DNA of 64,000 bases from Macrostomum lignano (taxonomy: Eukaryota). How positions within the stretch are numbered: position 1 is the stretch's first letter; the number at the start of each line of letters is the position of its first letter. This document shows positions 35,985 through 48,058 of this stretch, one piece after another. The translations under genes and the position numbers were made by a program. Below the pieces are notes generated by a model that was given only the letters and a program-made list of their open reading frames with translations, ran no database searches and was not told the DNA's origin. The DNA lies in assembly GCA_002269645.1 (NCBI GenBank), contig NIVC01001095.1, forward strand, positions 124,001-188,000, read 5' to 3'.

Positions 35985-37652
35985 GGTGCTGTCTGTGAGC
36001 AATTGTCTACTGTCTATGAGCGGTGCTGTCTATGAGCGGTGCTGTCTATGAGCGGTGCTGTCTATGAGCGGTGCTGTCTATGAGCGGTGCTGTTTATGAG
36101 CGGTGCTGTCTATGAGCGGTACTGTCTATGAGCGGTGCTGTCTATGAGCGGTGCTGTCTATGAGCGGTGCTGTCTATGAGCGGTGCTGTCTATGAGCGGT
36201 TCTGTCTATGAGCGGTGCTGTTTATGAGCGGTGCTGTCTATGAGCGGTGCTGTCTATGAGCGGTGCTGTCTATGAGCGGTGCTGTCTATGAGCGGTGCTG
36301 TTCATGAGCGGTGCTGTCTATGAGCGGTACTGTCTATGAGCGGTGCTGTCTATGAGCGGTGCTGTTTATGAGCGGTGCTGTCTATGAGCGGTGCTGTTTA
36401 TGAGCGGTGCTGTCTATGAGCGGTACTGTCTATGAGCGGTGCTGTCTATGAGCGGTACTGTCTATGAGCGGTGCTGTCTATGAGCGGTGCTGTTTATGAG
36501 CGGTGCTGTCTATGAGCGGTACTGTCTATGAGCGGTGCTGTCTATGAGCGGTGCTGTCTATGAGCGGTGCTGTCTATGAGCGGTTCTGTCTATGAGCGGT
36601 GCTGTTTATGAGCGGTGCTGTCTATGAGCGGTGCTGTCTATGAGCGGTGCTGTTTATGAGCGGTGCTGTCTATGAGCGGTGCTGTCTATGAGCGGTGCTG
36701 TCTATGAGCGGTACTGTCTATGAGCGGTGCTGTCTATGAGCGGTGCTGTCTATGAGCGGTGCTGTCTATGAGCGGTGCTGTCTATGAGCGGTGCTGTTTA
36801 TGAGCGGTGCTGTCTATGAGCGGTACTGTCTATGAGCGGTGCTGTCTATGAGCGGTACTGTCTATGAGCGGTGCTGTCTATGAGCGGTGCTGTTTATGAG
36901 CGGTGCTGTTTATGAGCGGTGCTGTCTATGAGCGGTGCTGTCTATGAGCGGTGCTGTTTATGAGCGGTGCTGTCTATGAGCGGTACTGTCTATGAGCGGT
37001 GCTGTCTATGAGCGGTACTGTCTATGAGCGGTGCTGTCTATGAGCGGTGCTGTCTATGAGCGGTGCTGTTTATGAGCGGTGCTGTCTATGAGCGGTGCTG
37101 TCTATGAGCGGTGCTGTCTATGAGCGGTACTGTCTATGAGCGGTGCTGTCTATGAGCGGTGCTGTCTATGAGCGGTGCTGTCTATGAGCGGTGCTGTCTA
37201 TGAGCGGTGCTGTTTATGAGCGGTGCTGTCTATGAGCGGTACTGTCTATGAGCGGTGCTGTCTATGAGCGGTACTGTCTATGAGCGGTGCTGTCTATGAG
37301 CGGTGCTGTTTATGAGCGGTGCTGTTTATGAGCGGTGCTGTCTATGAGCGGTGCTGTCTATGAGCGGTGCTGTTTATGAGCGGTGCTGTCTATGAGCGGT
37401 ACTGTCTATGAGCGGTGCTGTCTATGAGCGGTACTGTCTATGAGCGGTGCTGTCTATGAGCGGTGCTGTTTATGAGCGGTGCTGTTTATGAGCGGTGCTG
37501 TCTATGAGCGGTACTGTCTATGAGCGGTGCTGTCTATGAGCGGTGCTGTTTATGAGCGGTGCTGTCTATGAGCGGTGCTGTTTATGAGCGGTGCTGTCTA
37601 TGAGCGGTACTGTCTATGAGCGGCGCTGTCTATGAGCGGTGCTGTCTATGAT
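35985..37652 (-). repeat. 16-bp family A array in reverse orientation (TCTATGAGCGGTGCTG)n upstream of FoxD
   Basis: About 104 copies; the GGTTCTG variant recurs 384 bp (24 units) apart at 36198/36582. Confidence 0.97.
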
Positions 37653-38769
37653 TGACAGAGCAGCTCAGCAGCAAACAGTCCTGACTCTCTCGCCACACGA
37701 GTCGCGACCCCTGGTTTCCGCGTGCGGCGGATTTTCGTTCGTAGCACAAGCATAAAATGCCTATGGATACAAACAGCTTAACTATGCTTTCTGTTTTTGT
37801 TTACTTATTATGAGAAATTATAAATCCCAGAAAATTTAAGTCCACAATCTGTGCCCACAAAAGAGCCTGCAGGCTGCAGCTATGTTTATATCCGAAATTC
37901 AAAGACTTGCGAAGGCGTTACACACAGGATTTGCTTTTCACCCAAAGGTGTTTTTAGATTTAGCCGGCATTTATCAATAAGCGTTGCTATCCCGCTTAGC
38001 AACCAAATTTAAACCAACAAACCTTTATACAGATTTAGGGCCCCCGCGCCCCCCGGTTGGTGGGAATCTGCGCAGAAGGCCCGACTGAGCCCGTAAATAT
38101 CCCAACCGAATTATTGAAATCGCTTTGATTTGATTGCAAACATATTTCATTTTGGGGATGTTGGGGATGGGTAGTTATTCCTATAATAGGCTCGTGTGTA
38201 TTAGCTATAGGGGAATTTTATTATCCTTTGTATAAGTAGATCGACACAGGAGCTTTGGTAGGCAGATTGTGCAAATAAAGTGTTGGTCGGCCATAGGAAA
38301 CTGCGTAGTGTGTTGTGGCGAAATATCCAATTTTATCAACAATATTTGTTTGATAGCCGGGACATACGTCTCCTAAATATATAGATTTCGAATCTCTATT
38401 GCAATTAGTTACTAGCCTTCAGCTAAAGCCCAAAGACTTTTGGAGTTGTCCTTGAAGAAAGTAACTTCATTGATAAGATATTTAGTCTTATAGAAGTCAT
38501 ATACAACTCGTATTATATAGACATAAATCTTACATTGATTTCCCAGAAAGCTGTTTCAATATGTTTGCAGTGCGCTCATATATTATATACTTGCAGACAA
38601 ACTCAAGATTCAGAGTTTGTGTGAGTTATGGTGCAGAGATAACCGCATTGGAGCAGCTGTCGAGTTCACTTCATGCTTCATCAAGCTTTTAGTTTGAGTT
38701 GTGCATGCGTTGTGGGTAACGAATTGTGTATAGGGGATTTGAGTTCTTGTAAGAAGTTGCAGTGTATGA

Positions 38770-39750
38770 TTGGGTCAGAGAGAGTGAGATTAGGTCAGAG
38801 AGTGAGACGGATAGTGAGATTGGGTCAGAGAGTGAGACGGATAGTGAGATTGGGTCAGAGAGAGTGAGACGGATAATGGGATTGGGTCAGAGAGAGTGAG
38901 ATTGGGTCAGAGAGAGTGAGATTGGGTCAGAGAGAGTGAGATTGGGTCAGAGAGAGTGAGATTGGGTCAGAGAGAGTGAGATTGGGTCAGAGAGAGTGAG
39001 ATTGGGTCAGAGAGAGTGAGACGGATAGTGAGATTGGGTCAGAGAGAGTGAGACGGATAGTGAGATTGGGTCAGAGAGAGTGAGACGGATAGTGAGATTG
39101 GGTCAGAGAGAGTGAGACGGATAGTGAGATTGGGTCAGAGAGAGTGAGACGGATAGTGAGATTGGGTCAGAGAGAGTGAGACGGATAGTGGGATTGGGTC
39201 AGAGAGAGTGAGACGGAGAGTGGGATTGGGTCAGAGAGAGTGAGACGGAGAGTGAGATTGGGTCAGAGAGAGTGAGACGGAGAGTGGGATTGGGTCAGAG
39301 AGAGTGAGATTGGGTCAGAGAGAGTGAGATTGGGTCAGACAGAGTGAGATTGGGTCAGAGAGAGTGAGATTGGGTCAGAGAGAGTGAGATTGGGTCAGAG
39401 AGAGTGAGATTGGGTCAGAGAGAGTGAGACGGATAGTGAGATTGGGTCAGAGAGAGTGAGACGGATAGTGAGATTGGGTCAGAGAGAGTGAGACGGATAG
39501 TGGGATTGGGTCAGAGAGAGTGAGACGGAGAGTGGGATTGGGTCAGAGAGAGTGAGACGGAGAGTGAGATTGGGTCAGAGAGAGTGAGACGGAGAGTGGG
39601 ATTGGGTCAGAGAGAGTGAGATTGGGTCAGAGAGAGTGAGATTGGGTCAGACAGAGTGAGATTGGGTCAGAGAGAGTGAGATTGGGTCAGAGAGAGTGAG
39701 ATTGGGTCAGAGAGAGTGAGATTGGGTCAGAGAGTGAGAGTGAGATGAGA
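38770..39750. repeat. 20/32-bp composite minisatellite (GAGATTGGGTCAGAGAGAGT +/- GAGACGGATAGT)
   Basis: Two unit types occur in runs; a block is duplicated. Confidence 0.95.
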
Positions 39751-40619
39751 CTGCATTGGATAAAAAGTATACTTGTAGCACTCGTGTTAAACCTGGTCAC
39801 TTGTGCACTGATTTTCCTCCAACTGTTTCACACAGTGCATGCGGGCAAACTGCAGACTTCAATGTGTGTTAGCGGCCTGGTCAAACACAACATGCACACA
39901 CCGCTCACTTGGTGTCATGAATGACTTGAAGCGCTAAATTACTAAAACTCTACAAGATTGTGCAGAAAGTATTGAAATATAGCAGTTGTATCCAGGACAC
40001 TATATCTGTGGCTGTTCCACGTGCCAGCAGCTGGGTATATCAGTAGCAGTCAAGTATTCAGAATATTTGCTTCATAAATATACCGCAAATGGTTTGAAGA
40101 GATATTACATTTAAGAAGGTGTCACAATCGGTTGAATTCGCTCAGTGCCCGAATACTCACTCAGCTGTCAGCTACGGACTGAGCAAATAAGTAGTGGCAT
40201 TTGTGCCGAGGCGCGCCAAAGCAGAAGAGAAAGAATTAGATTGGCACTTTGTTATGTAGAGACTTACATTGTTTGCCTGCAGCAGAAATGCTTACATTAT
40301 GAACTGAAAGTGGCAATACAATTCCGTGTTTGATCTGTTCCAGCAACTGTTTGCCAACATTTTGCAGTTGCAGAGGAAATGTTGCTATTAGGCTCGGGTG
40401 CAGGTGGCAAATACCAATTTGTCAGATTTGTCAGAGGACTGAGGACGCGAGGGGGGAACAATTGGGAAAATTGTCATTTCTATTGCGAGTTTGACATTAT
40501 TTCACATCTATTTATCTGCATTGCTGCGGTAATATGCTGAAAATATGTTTACTGATAAAATAGACAGGTTATAGTCAATATTAGCGAGAATTTCCTGATA
40601 ACTGAAAGATTTATAATTG

Positions 40620-41735
40620 TCTCAGGTCCCAGATCTCTCAGATCCCAGATCTCTCAGATCCCAGATCTCTCAGATCCCAGATCTCTCAGATCCCAGATCT
40701 CTCAGATCCCAGATCTCTCAGATTCCAGATCTCTCAGATCCCAGATCTCTCAGATCCCAGATCTCTCAGATCCCAGATCTCTCAGATCCCAGATCTCTCA
40801 GATCCCAGATCTCTCAGATTCCAGATCTCACAGATAGATCCCAGATCTCTCAGATCCCAGATCTCTCAGATCCCAGATCTCTCAGATCCCAGATCTCTCA
40901 GATCCCAGATCTCTCAGATCCCAGATCTCTCAGATCCCAGATCTCTCAGATCCCAGATCTCTCAGATTCCAGATCTCTCAGATCCCAGATCTCTCAGATC
41001 CCAGATCTCTCAGATCCCAGATCTCTCAGATCCCAGATCTCTCAGATCCCAGATCTCTCAGATCCCAGATCTCTCAGATCCCAGATCTCTCAGATCCCAG
41101 ATCTCTCAGATCCCAGATCTCTCAGATCCCAGATCTCTCAGATCCCAGATCTCTCATATCCCAGATCTCTCAGATCCCAGATCTCTCAGATCCCAGATCT
41201 CTCAGATCCCAGATCTCTCAGATCCCAGATCTCTCAGATCCCAGATCTCTCAGATCCCAGATCTCTCAGATCCCAGATCTCTCAGATCCCAGATCTCTCA
41301 GATCCCAGATCTCTCAGATCCCAGATCTCTCAGATCCCAGATCTCTCAGATCCCAGATCTCTCAGATCCCAGATCTCTCAGATCCCAGATCTCTCAGATC
41401 CCAGATCTCTCAGATCCCAGATCTCTCAGATCCCAGATCTCTCAGATCCCAGATCTCTCAGATCCCAGATCTCTCAGATCCCAGATCTCTCAGATCCCAG
41501 ATCTCTCAGATCCCAGATCTCTCAGATCCCAGATCTCTCAGATCCCAGATCTCTCAGATCCCAGATCTCTCAGATCCCAGATCTCTCAGATCCCAGATCT
41601 CTCATATCCCAGATCTCTCAGATCCCAGATCTCTCAGATCCCAGATCTCTCAGATCCCAGATCTCTCAGATCCCAGATCTCTCAGATCCCAGATCTCTCA
41701 GATCCCAGATCTCTCAGATCCCAGATCTCTCAGAC
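40620..41735. repeat. 16-bp minisatellite (GATCCCAGATCTCTCA)n
   Basis: About 70 near-identical copies; source of the spurious 385-aa ORF. Confidence 0.98.
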
Positions 41736-42769
41736 ATTATTCACATAAATCGCTCACTAGCAATTCCAAGGTAGTGTCACGGTGTTTAAAATACCATAAA
41801 AAAGTTAAATAAAATGTTAAACACGCACGCATACGCCACATACAAATGTTTAATTAAAATAAAACGGAAAAAATACAACTATATAGACAAGAACTGCCAA
41901 GTTATGCGACCCCATGCACCTATAGGCTAACAATGTGCTAACTGTGATTTCCTACAATGATAAATGAATTACTGTTATGTGCAGTTTCAACACTTTATCT
42001 ATATTATAACTGGGATGAATATGATATAGGAAACCCAGGATTGAAGGGCGATATTATTTACACAAACAGTCAGCTTGCAACGCACTAAAACACAAAGTGT
42101 GAAAAAGATGTTTCAAAAACACCGACACAGGACATTGTTTGCACAAAGCCTTACACGAGTGGAGCTTTCAAGGGTCTTTATTATAGTTTGAAACTAGTCA
42201 GGGTAATATTAGAAGAGGGTCTTTGTCGGTCCGGCTGTGCTTGTTATTAGAAGTTTTGCGCAATGGTGACACAGCATTGGGATGTGCCCCTTGCTTGAAG
42301 AATTCAGTCCTTTATGCGGTCTTTAAATCTCTTTAATCACTTTAGTTATGGATAGTATCGCCAAACCAGTCTATTTGTTTGTTGAAATTGCTCAAAGCAA
42401 ATTGATTTGACGTGAATATGAATATTATTATCAGCTTCATTGTTGACTAAACAATGTTGAGTTGACAGGCGTAAAAACAGGATAAGAGCAAGATAGGTGA
42501 CTCATACCTGGATATTGGACACCTTACACACCATTAAGGACAGCGCTGTATCCAAGGTCTTTTGCAGTCATCTTGATTTGGTAAGACAGAACTGACTTGA
42601 CAAAAATTCATGAGATGCTGCGCCTCCTTCATACTTCTAGATTGTATACCTTTTTAGCATAAATTGTCACAGGTTAAAAGATTCTACGAGATATCAGATC
42701 CCACCCAGATTCAAGATCACATGATTCCACATGTTCTTCAGCATCCAAAAACTACAGTCCCAAATCACA

Positions 42770-42960
42770 CAGTCCCAAATCCCCAAAATCCCAAATCCCC
42801 AAAATCTCAAATCACCAAAATCCCAAATGCCCAAAATCCCAAATCCCCAAAATCTCAAATCCCCAAAATCCCAAATGCCCAAAATCCCAAATGCCCAAAA
42901 TCCCAAATCCCCAAAATCCCAAATCCCACAATCCCAAACCCTACAATCCCAAATCCCATA
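42770..42960. repeat. Short-period (AAATCCC[CA])n simple repeat
   Basis: Read directly. Confidence 0.85.
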
Positions 42961-42999
42961 TTCTACAGACCTGATTCCCAATGACAATATATAGGATTA

Positions 43000-43250
43000 G
43001 AGAACAGTGGGATCCTGGGATTAGAGAAGAGTGGGATCTAGGATTAGAGAACAGTGGGATCCTGGGATTAGAGAAGAGTGGGATCTGGGATTAGAGAACA
43101 GTGGGATCCTGAGATTATAGAACCATGGGATGTGGGATTATAGAACCGTGGGATCTGGGATTAGAGAACAGTGGGATCTGGGATTAGAGAACAGTGGGAT
43201 CCTGGGATTAGAGAACAGTGGGATCCTGGGATTAGAGAACCGAGATCCAA
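43000..43250. repeat. 24/25-bp minisatellite (GGATTAGAGAACAGTGGGATC[C]TG)n
   Basis: About 9-10 copies. Confidence 0.9.
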
Positions 43251-44384
43251 GATCCAAACTCCATATAATCTTCATCCGCAATGCCTCTCCCGCTTCCCCC
43301 CTCTCGATTACGCATTCACAGCGCGTGTGAGACAATTATCCCATCCAGTCAGTTGGCATTCGGACAGGCCAAACTCAAAAATTTCTTGTCCACTCAAAGA
43401 TGTCACACAGTGGGCGTCTTAATGCTGTACACATCTGGAGCTGGTGGGAGGGGTGGCCGGTAGACCACACACGATGATGTCGGAGTTTGACACCTCTGCG
43501 CAGTATTTTAATGTTTAGGCCTTGATGACAGGAAAAATGACGATTCCACGGTAGGCTCCTCTCCAAGCAAATCCTAGCTGTGTTGATGCTGGGACAACTT
43601 TTTGTGTGCGTCTTTGCTGCCTTCTTTGTGCCTTGCCTGGCCATTTGAAGGAGCGGACAAAACTTGGCAGGGGGGGGTCTCTGATGAGCGACTGCAGAAT
43701 GCAGGCCGGCCGCCACCTATCAAACATTAATGTTTAACGCTTCGCAAAAACTGTGATGATGCCCTATAGCCCCCCTCCCCGTGTGTCAATTAGAGCGGGC
43801 CACAACAGTGAGTGGGGCAGAAAAAATAGGTGTAAGAGTGAAGCTGGCTCGTAGTAATGCGTTAAAAATGGCCACTTCGTTTGCAACACACGCGCCCCCC
43901 TCCTTCCCTAACTCGCCAGCTCCCCCGTGAAGCTGTGTCCCAGTCTGGCATGGCACGTTGTTGATGAAGGAGAGAGAGAAATGATGATGACGGAGAGGGG
44001 ATGCTGGGGGGCAGGGCCAGACTGTGTGTGTGTGTGTGTGTGTGTGTTTAGAGCTCTGGCGCCAGTCTGTCTGGGGGGGAGCCTGCAGTTTCACAACTTC
44101 ATCCTTCTTCCGCGTCCCCTCCTCCCCACTATTTTTCCTGAATGGAAAAACAAGGAAGCGAAAGCGGAGAATCCAGCGCTTGAATCTGCCTTTCATTCTG
44201 TCAGTCCTGCAGGGGCTGCAGAGTTTGCAAAAAAGCTTCAAGCAGACGGACCCGCTGCGATGGAAAAAACTGGGGAAGCCATCGCGTTTGGGTGTGAAGA
44301 AGAAATCTGCTGCTGCTGCTGGACTTCTTCTGGCGCTGCAGCGCAACTGCCAACTATTGATTTGGGATTGCAGGATCCGGGATT

Positions 44385-45150
44385 CAGATCTGGGATATGG
44401 AACTTGAGATCTGGGATTTGAGATCTGGGATTTGAGATCTGGAATTTGAGATCTGGGATTTGAGATCTGGGATTTGAGATCTGGGATTTGAGATCTGGGA
44501 TTTGAGATCTGGTACTTGAGATCTGGAATTTTAGATCTAGGATTTGAGATCTTGGATTTGAGATCTTGGATTTGAGATCTGGGATATGGAACTTGAGATC
44601 TGGGATTTGAGATCTGGGATTTAAGATCTGGGATTTGAGATCTAGGATTTGAGATCTAGGATTTGAGATCTGGGATTTGAGATCTGGGATTTGAGATCTG
44701 GGATTTGAGATCTGGATTTGAGATCTGGGATTTGAGATCTGGGATTTGAAATCTAGGATTTGAGATCTTGGATTTGAGATCTGGGATTTGAGATCTTGGA
44801 TTTGAGATCTTGGATTTGAGATCTGGGATTTGAGATCTGGGATTTGAGATCTGGGATTTGAGATCTTGGATTTGAGATCTGTGATTTGAGATCTGGGATT
44901 TGAGATCTGGGATTTGAGATCTTGGATTTGAGATCTGTGATTTGAGATCTGGGATTTGAGATCTGGGATTTGAGATCTGGGATTTGAGATCTGAAATTTG
45001 AGGATGGGATCTGAGATTAGCGAATATTTGAATCTGGGATTTGAGATCTGAAATTTGAGGATGGGATCTGAGATTAGCGAATATTTGAATCTGGGATTAG
45101 TGGATCGTAAAATTTCATACTAGAGAACCGTGGGATCTGGGATTGGTGGA
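44385..45150. repeat. 14-bp minisatellite (TTGAGATCTGGGAT)n
   Basis: About 45 copies; its reverse complement resembles the 40620-41735 unit. Confidence 0.95.
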
Positions 45151-46099
45151 TCAAGGCACCTGAAGACTTGGGCCTTAGTTGTCTAGCAAAGTAAAGAGTT
45201 CTGAGATATTATTGTGTCAATCACAGCAGCCTTATTTGACAAGCTACATGTAGTCAAAAAATTCTCAAGCACCCAAGCATTAAGCTGAGTCCCGAATACA
45301 GGCACTTGACTTAGAATAGGAAATACAGTCTATGAGGCCCCTACAGCATTGTTTCTGCTCTTCTAGAAGAAAGTTAGCAGAAGATGATATCCCTTCTGTG
45401 GGCCAATGCAGCAGACTGCAGTTCTGAAGAAATATTTAACTTCTTTGTCTCCCAGCATCGCGATAAAAAGCTGGATAGAGACAGACAATGGTGGCATTTC
45501 TGGGAACCCGCGGGGGTGGAACTGCCAAATAGACAGATGAGAGGCTATTGAAACGTTTTTCAACTCTCCCCCATTAGCTAGCAAACTCATTTTCACTCAC
45601 TCTCTCTCTCATTGGCATTCTCTCCCCCACCCTTTGTCCACTTAATATTGTCAATTGAGTCCTATGAGTCTTTTAGTTTTTAGCCAAGCAAATGCATTTT
45701 ATAGACGCTTAATCAGCATTTCAGCGAAAGCAGTTGTGCAGCCCCTTTTTTTATTCCCAGTTTTTGGCACATTGTAGACATTGATTTGCAAAAAGAGTTG
45801 CCTCTTAAGGGGGCCGGTTTTCAGCGACTTTTGGAATCCGTGCCATTCTCTTCTGCAACAAAAGAATTTTCTTCAGCGGGCGAACTCATTTTTTACTGCC
45901 AATCGAAATTTTAGCCTGCAGTGTTTTAATGGTCTGGGGCTTGGCTTGCTATGGACTCTGGCCAAGGACTGCTGCAGGTGACAATTGGACTGAAAATTGC
46001 TATAAATTTTTACGTTTGGACTCGAAGTGCCACGATTACGATAATGAGGCGTTACAGAGGCAGCTGACTTTAGATCGATTGGGCGGCGCTTGGTGCATG

Positions 46100-46345
46100 G
46101 CGCTTAGCTCTGAGTGGCGCTTAGCTCGGAGTGACGCTTAGCTCTAAGTGGCGCTTAGCTTTAATGGCGCTTAGCTTTAATGGCGCTTAGCTTTAATGGC
46201 GCTTAGCTCTAAGTGGCGCTTAGCTCTGAGTGGCGCTTAGCTCTTGGGTGCATGGTGGTTAGCTTATGGGTGCATGGCGCTTAGCTTATGGGTGCATGGC
46301 GCTTAGCTCTTGGGTGCATGGCGCTTAGCTTAGAGCTTAGCTTAG
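46100..46345. repeat. GGCGCTTAGCT-core short tandem repeat (17-21 bp)
   Basis: About 12 copies of the core. Confidence 0.85.
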
Positions 46346-47277
46346 GACTTAAGCTTAACTTTAATCACTTTCATGTCAGCGAAAATCAGAGAAATGCTCT
46401 TGTATTCCACGAGTCTTCCAGAACGCCAGTCCAGAATCCATTCAGAAGTCCATGATAACGAATTTGACTAGCATCTATTCAGCCATCTATTTGCACAAGC
46501 ACTTTGTTGCAAATTTGAATCCCCAATCAGGCGCTAAAAATTTCACCCTGGACTGCATTTTTTCTTAACAAACAAATGGCGCATTATTAGAGTTTTTGTT
46601 AAAGCGCTGGCAGAAAAAGTTTGATCAGAAAAAAAAGAGAGAATTCAAATTTCTGCCCCCGCACAGAGTCTTCAGCTGATGCCAAGCAGCCGCTGAAAGG
46701 CTGGAAAAGTCTCTTTTGTCTGCAATTTAGAAGCCGCGATCAATTAAAACTTCGCAATTACCGATGCAATTCGTTTTCGCCTATGGCAGAGCAAAAGAGA
46801 CAGCAAGTTTGAAGGCGGCGGCAAATCTTCTAAATAGTTGGCATAATTAACTAAAAGCTGCGTCAAATTTGTAGCTAAAAATTCTGTTGCCCTGTTTTAA
46901 CGGCGCAGATTTGCCAAATTAGTGAGGAGATTTTTTTTCTGCGAAACCTGACAGTTAAAACTGGGTTCGCCCACTCATTTCGGGAGAGAAAGGGATTCTT
47001 GCTAAAGCTGAAACTCTGTGTTGAGTTCGGGTTGCGGACTGGGTGCATCAAAAATTGACTCTTAAAATTTTATTTACAACAACTTCGAGTATTTTTAGTG
47101 CGACAAGCAAATTGCACTACTGCTCTAATTGGGAATAGCAGTAGTGTGATAGAGATTTGTAAGAAAAGTTCAACAAACGGGTATGTTAGGCACTTTTAAG
47201 GCAGGGATTAATTGGCGCAAACATTGAAAACTTGATGCTATTTAACAGCTTCTTGATTTAAATGAATAAGAAATCAA

Positions 47278-47875
47278 GTTGTCAGGGTCTTAAATCGGGT
47301 GTCAGGGTCTTGAATCGGGTGTCAGGGTCTTGAATAGGGTGTCAGGGTCTTAAATCGGGTGTCAGGGTCTTAAATCGAGTGTCAAGGTCCTAATTCGGGT
47401 GTCAGGGTGTTGAATCGGGTGTCAAGGTCTTGAATCGGAGTGTCATGGCCTTAAATCGGGTGTCAGGATTTGAAATCGGGTGTCAGGGTCTTGAATCGGG
47501 TGTCAGGGTCTTAATTGGGGTGTCAGGGTCTTTAATCGGGTGTCAGGGTCTTAAATCGGGTGTCAGGGTCTTAAATCGGGTGTCAGGGTCTTTAATCGGG
47601 TGTCAGGGTCTTAAATCGGGTGTCAGGGTCTTAAATCGGGTGTCAGGGTCTTAATTGGGGTGTCAGGGTCTTAAATCGGGTGTCAGGGTCTTAAATCGGG
47701 TGTCAGGGTCTTAATTGGGGTGTCAGGGTCTTAAATCGGGTGTCAGGGTCTTAAATCGGGTGTCAGGGTCTTAAATCGGGTGTCAGGGTCTTAATTGGGG
47801 TGTCAGGGTCTTAAATCGGGTGTCAGGGTCTTAAATCGGGTGTCAGGGTCTTAAATCGGGTGTCAGGGTTTGAAT
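47278..47875. repeat. 20-bp minisatellite (AAATCGGGTGTCAGGGTCTT)n
   Basis: About 30 copies. Confidence 0.95.
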
Positions 47876-48058
47876 CAGTTTGCAATAGATTGAATTTTTA
47901 GGCTTACGAGCAACAAACAAACTATTAGAATAGGAATGCATTAGATTGTTCACAATATACTGTAAATAGTACTAACAGTAGTCTAAATAGCCAAATCAAT
48001 CATAAGCACCATTATTGAGCAGAAACATTAGGCTGCAAATCAGAACTGGTCATTATCA

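Noticed and set aside
38123-38129. TCF/LEF-like CTTTGAT and Fox-like TAAATA motifs around FoxD
   Set aside because: Short motifs expected by chance in AT-rich DNA; not clustered enough to call.
40617-41774. 385-aa 'SQIPDLSDPRSLR' ORF
   Set aside because: Pure 16-bp tandem repeat.
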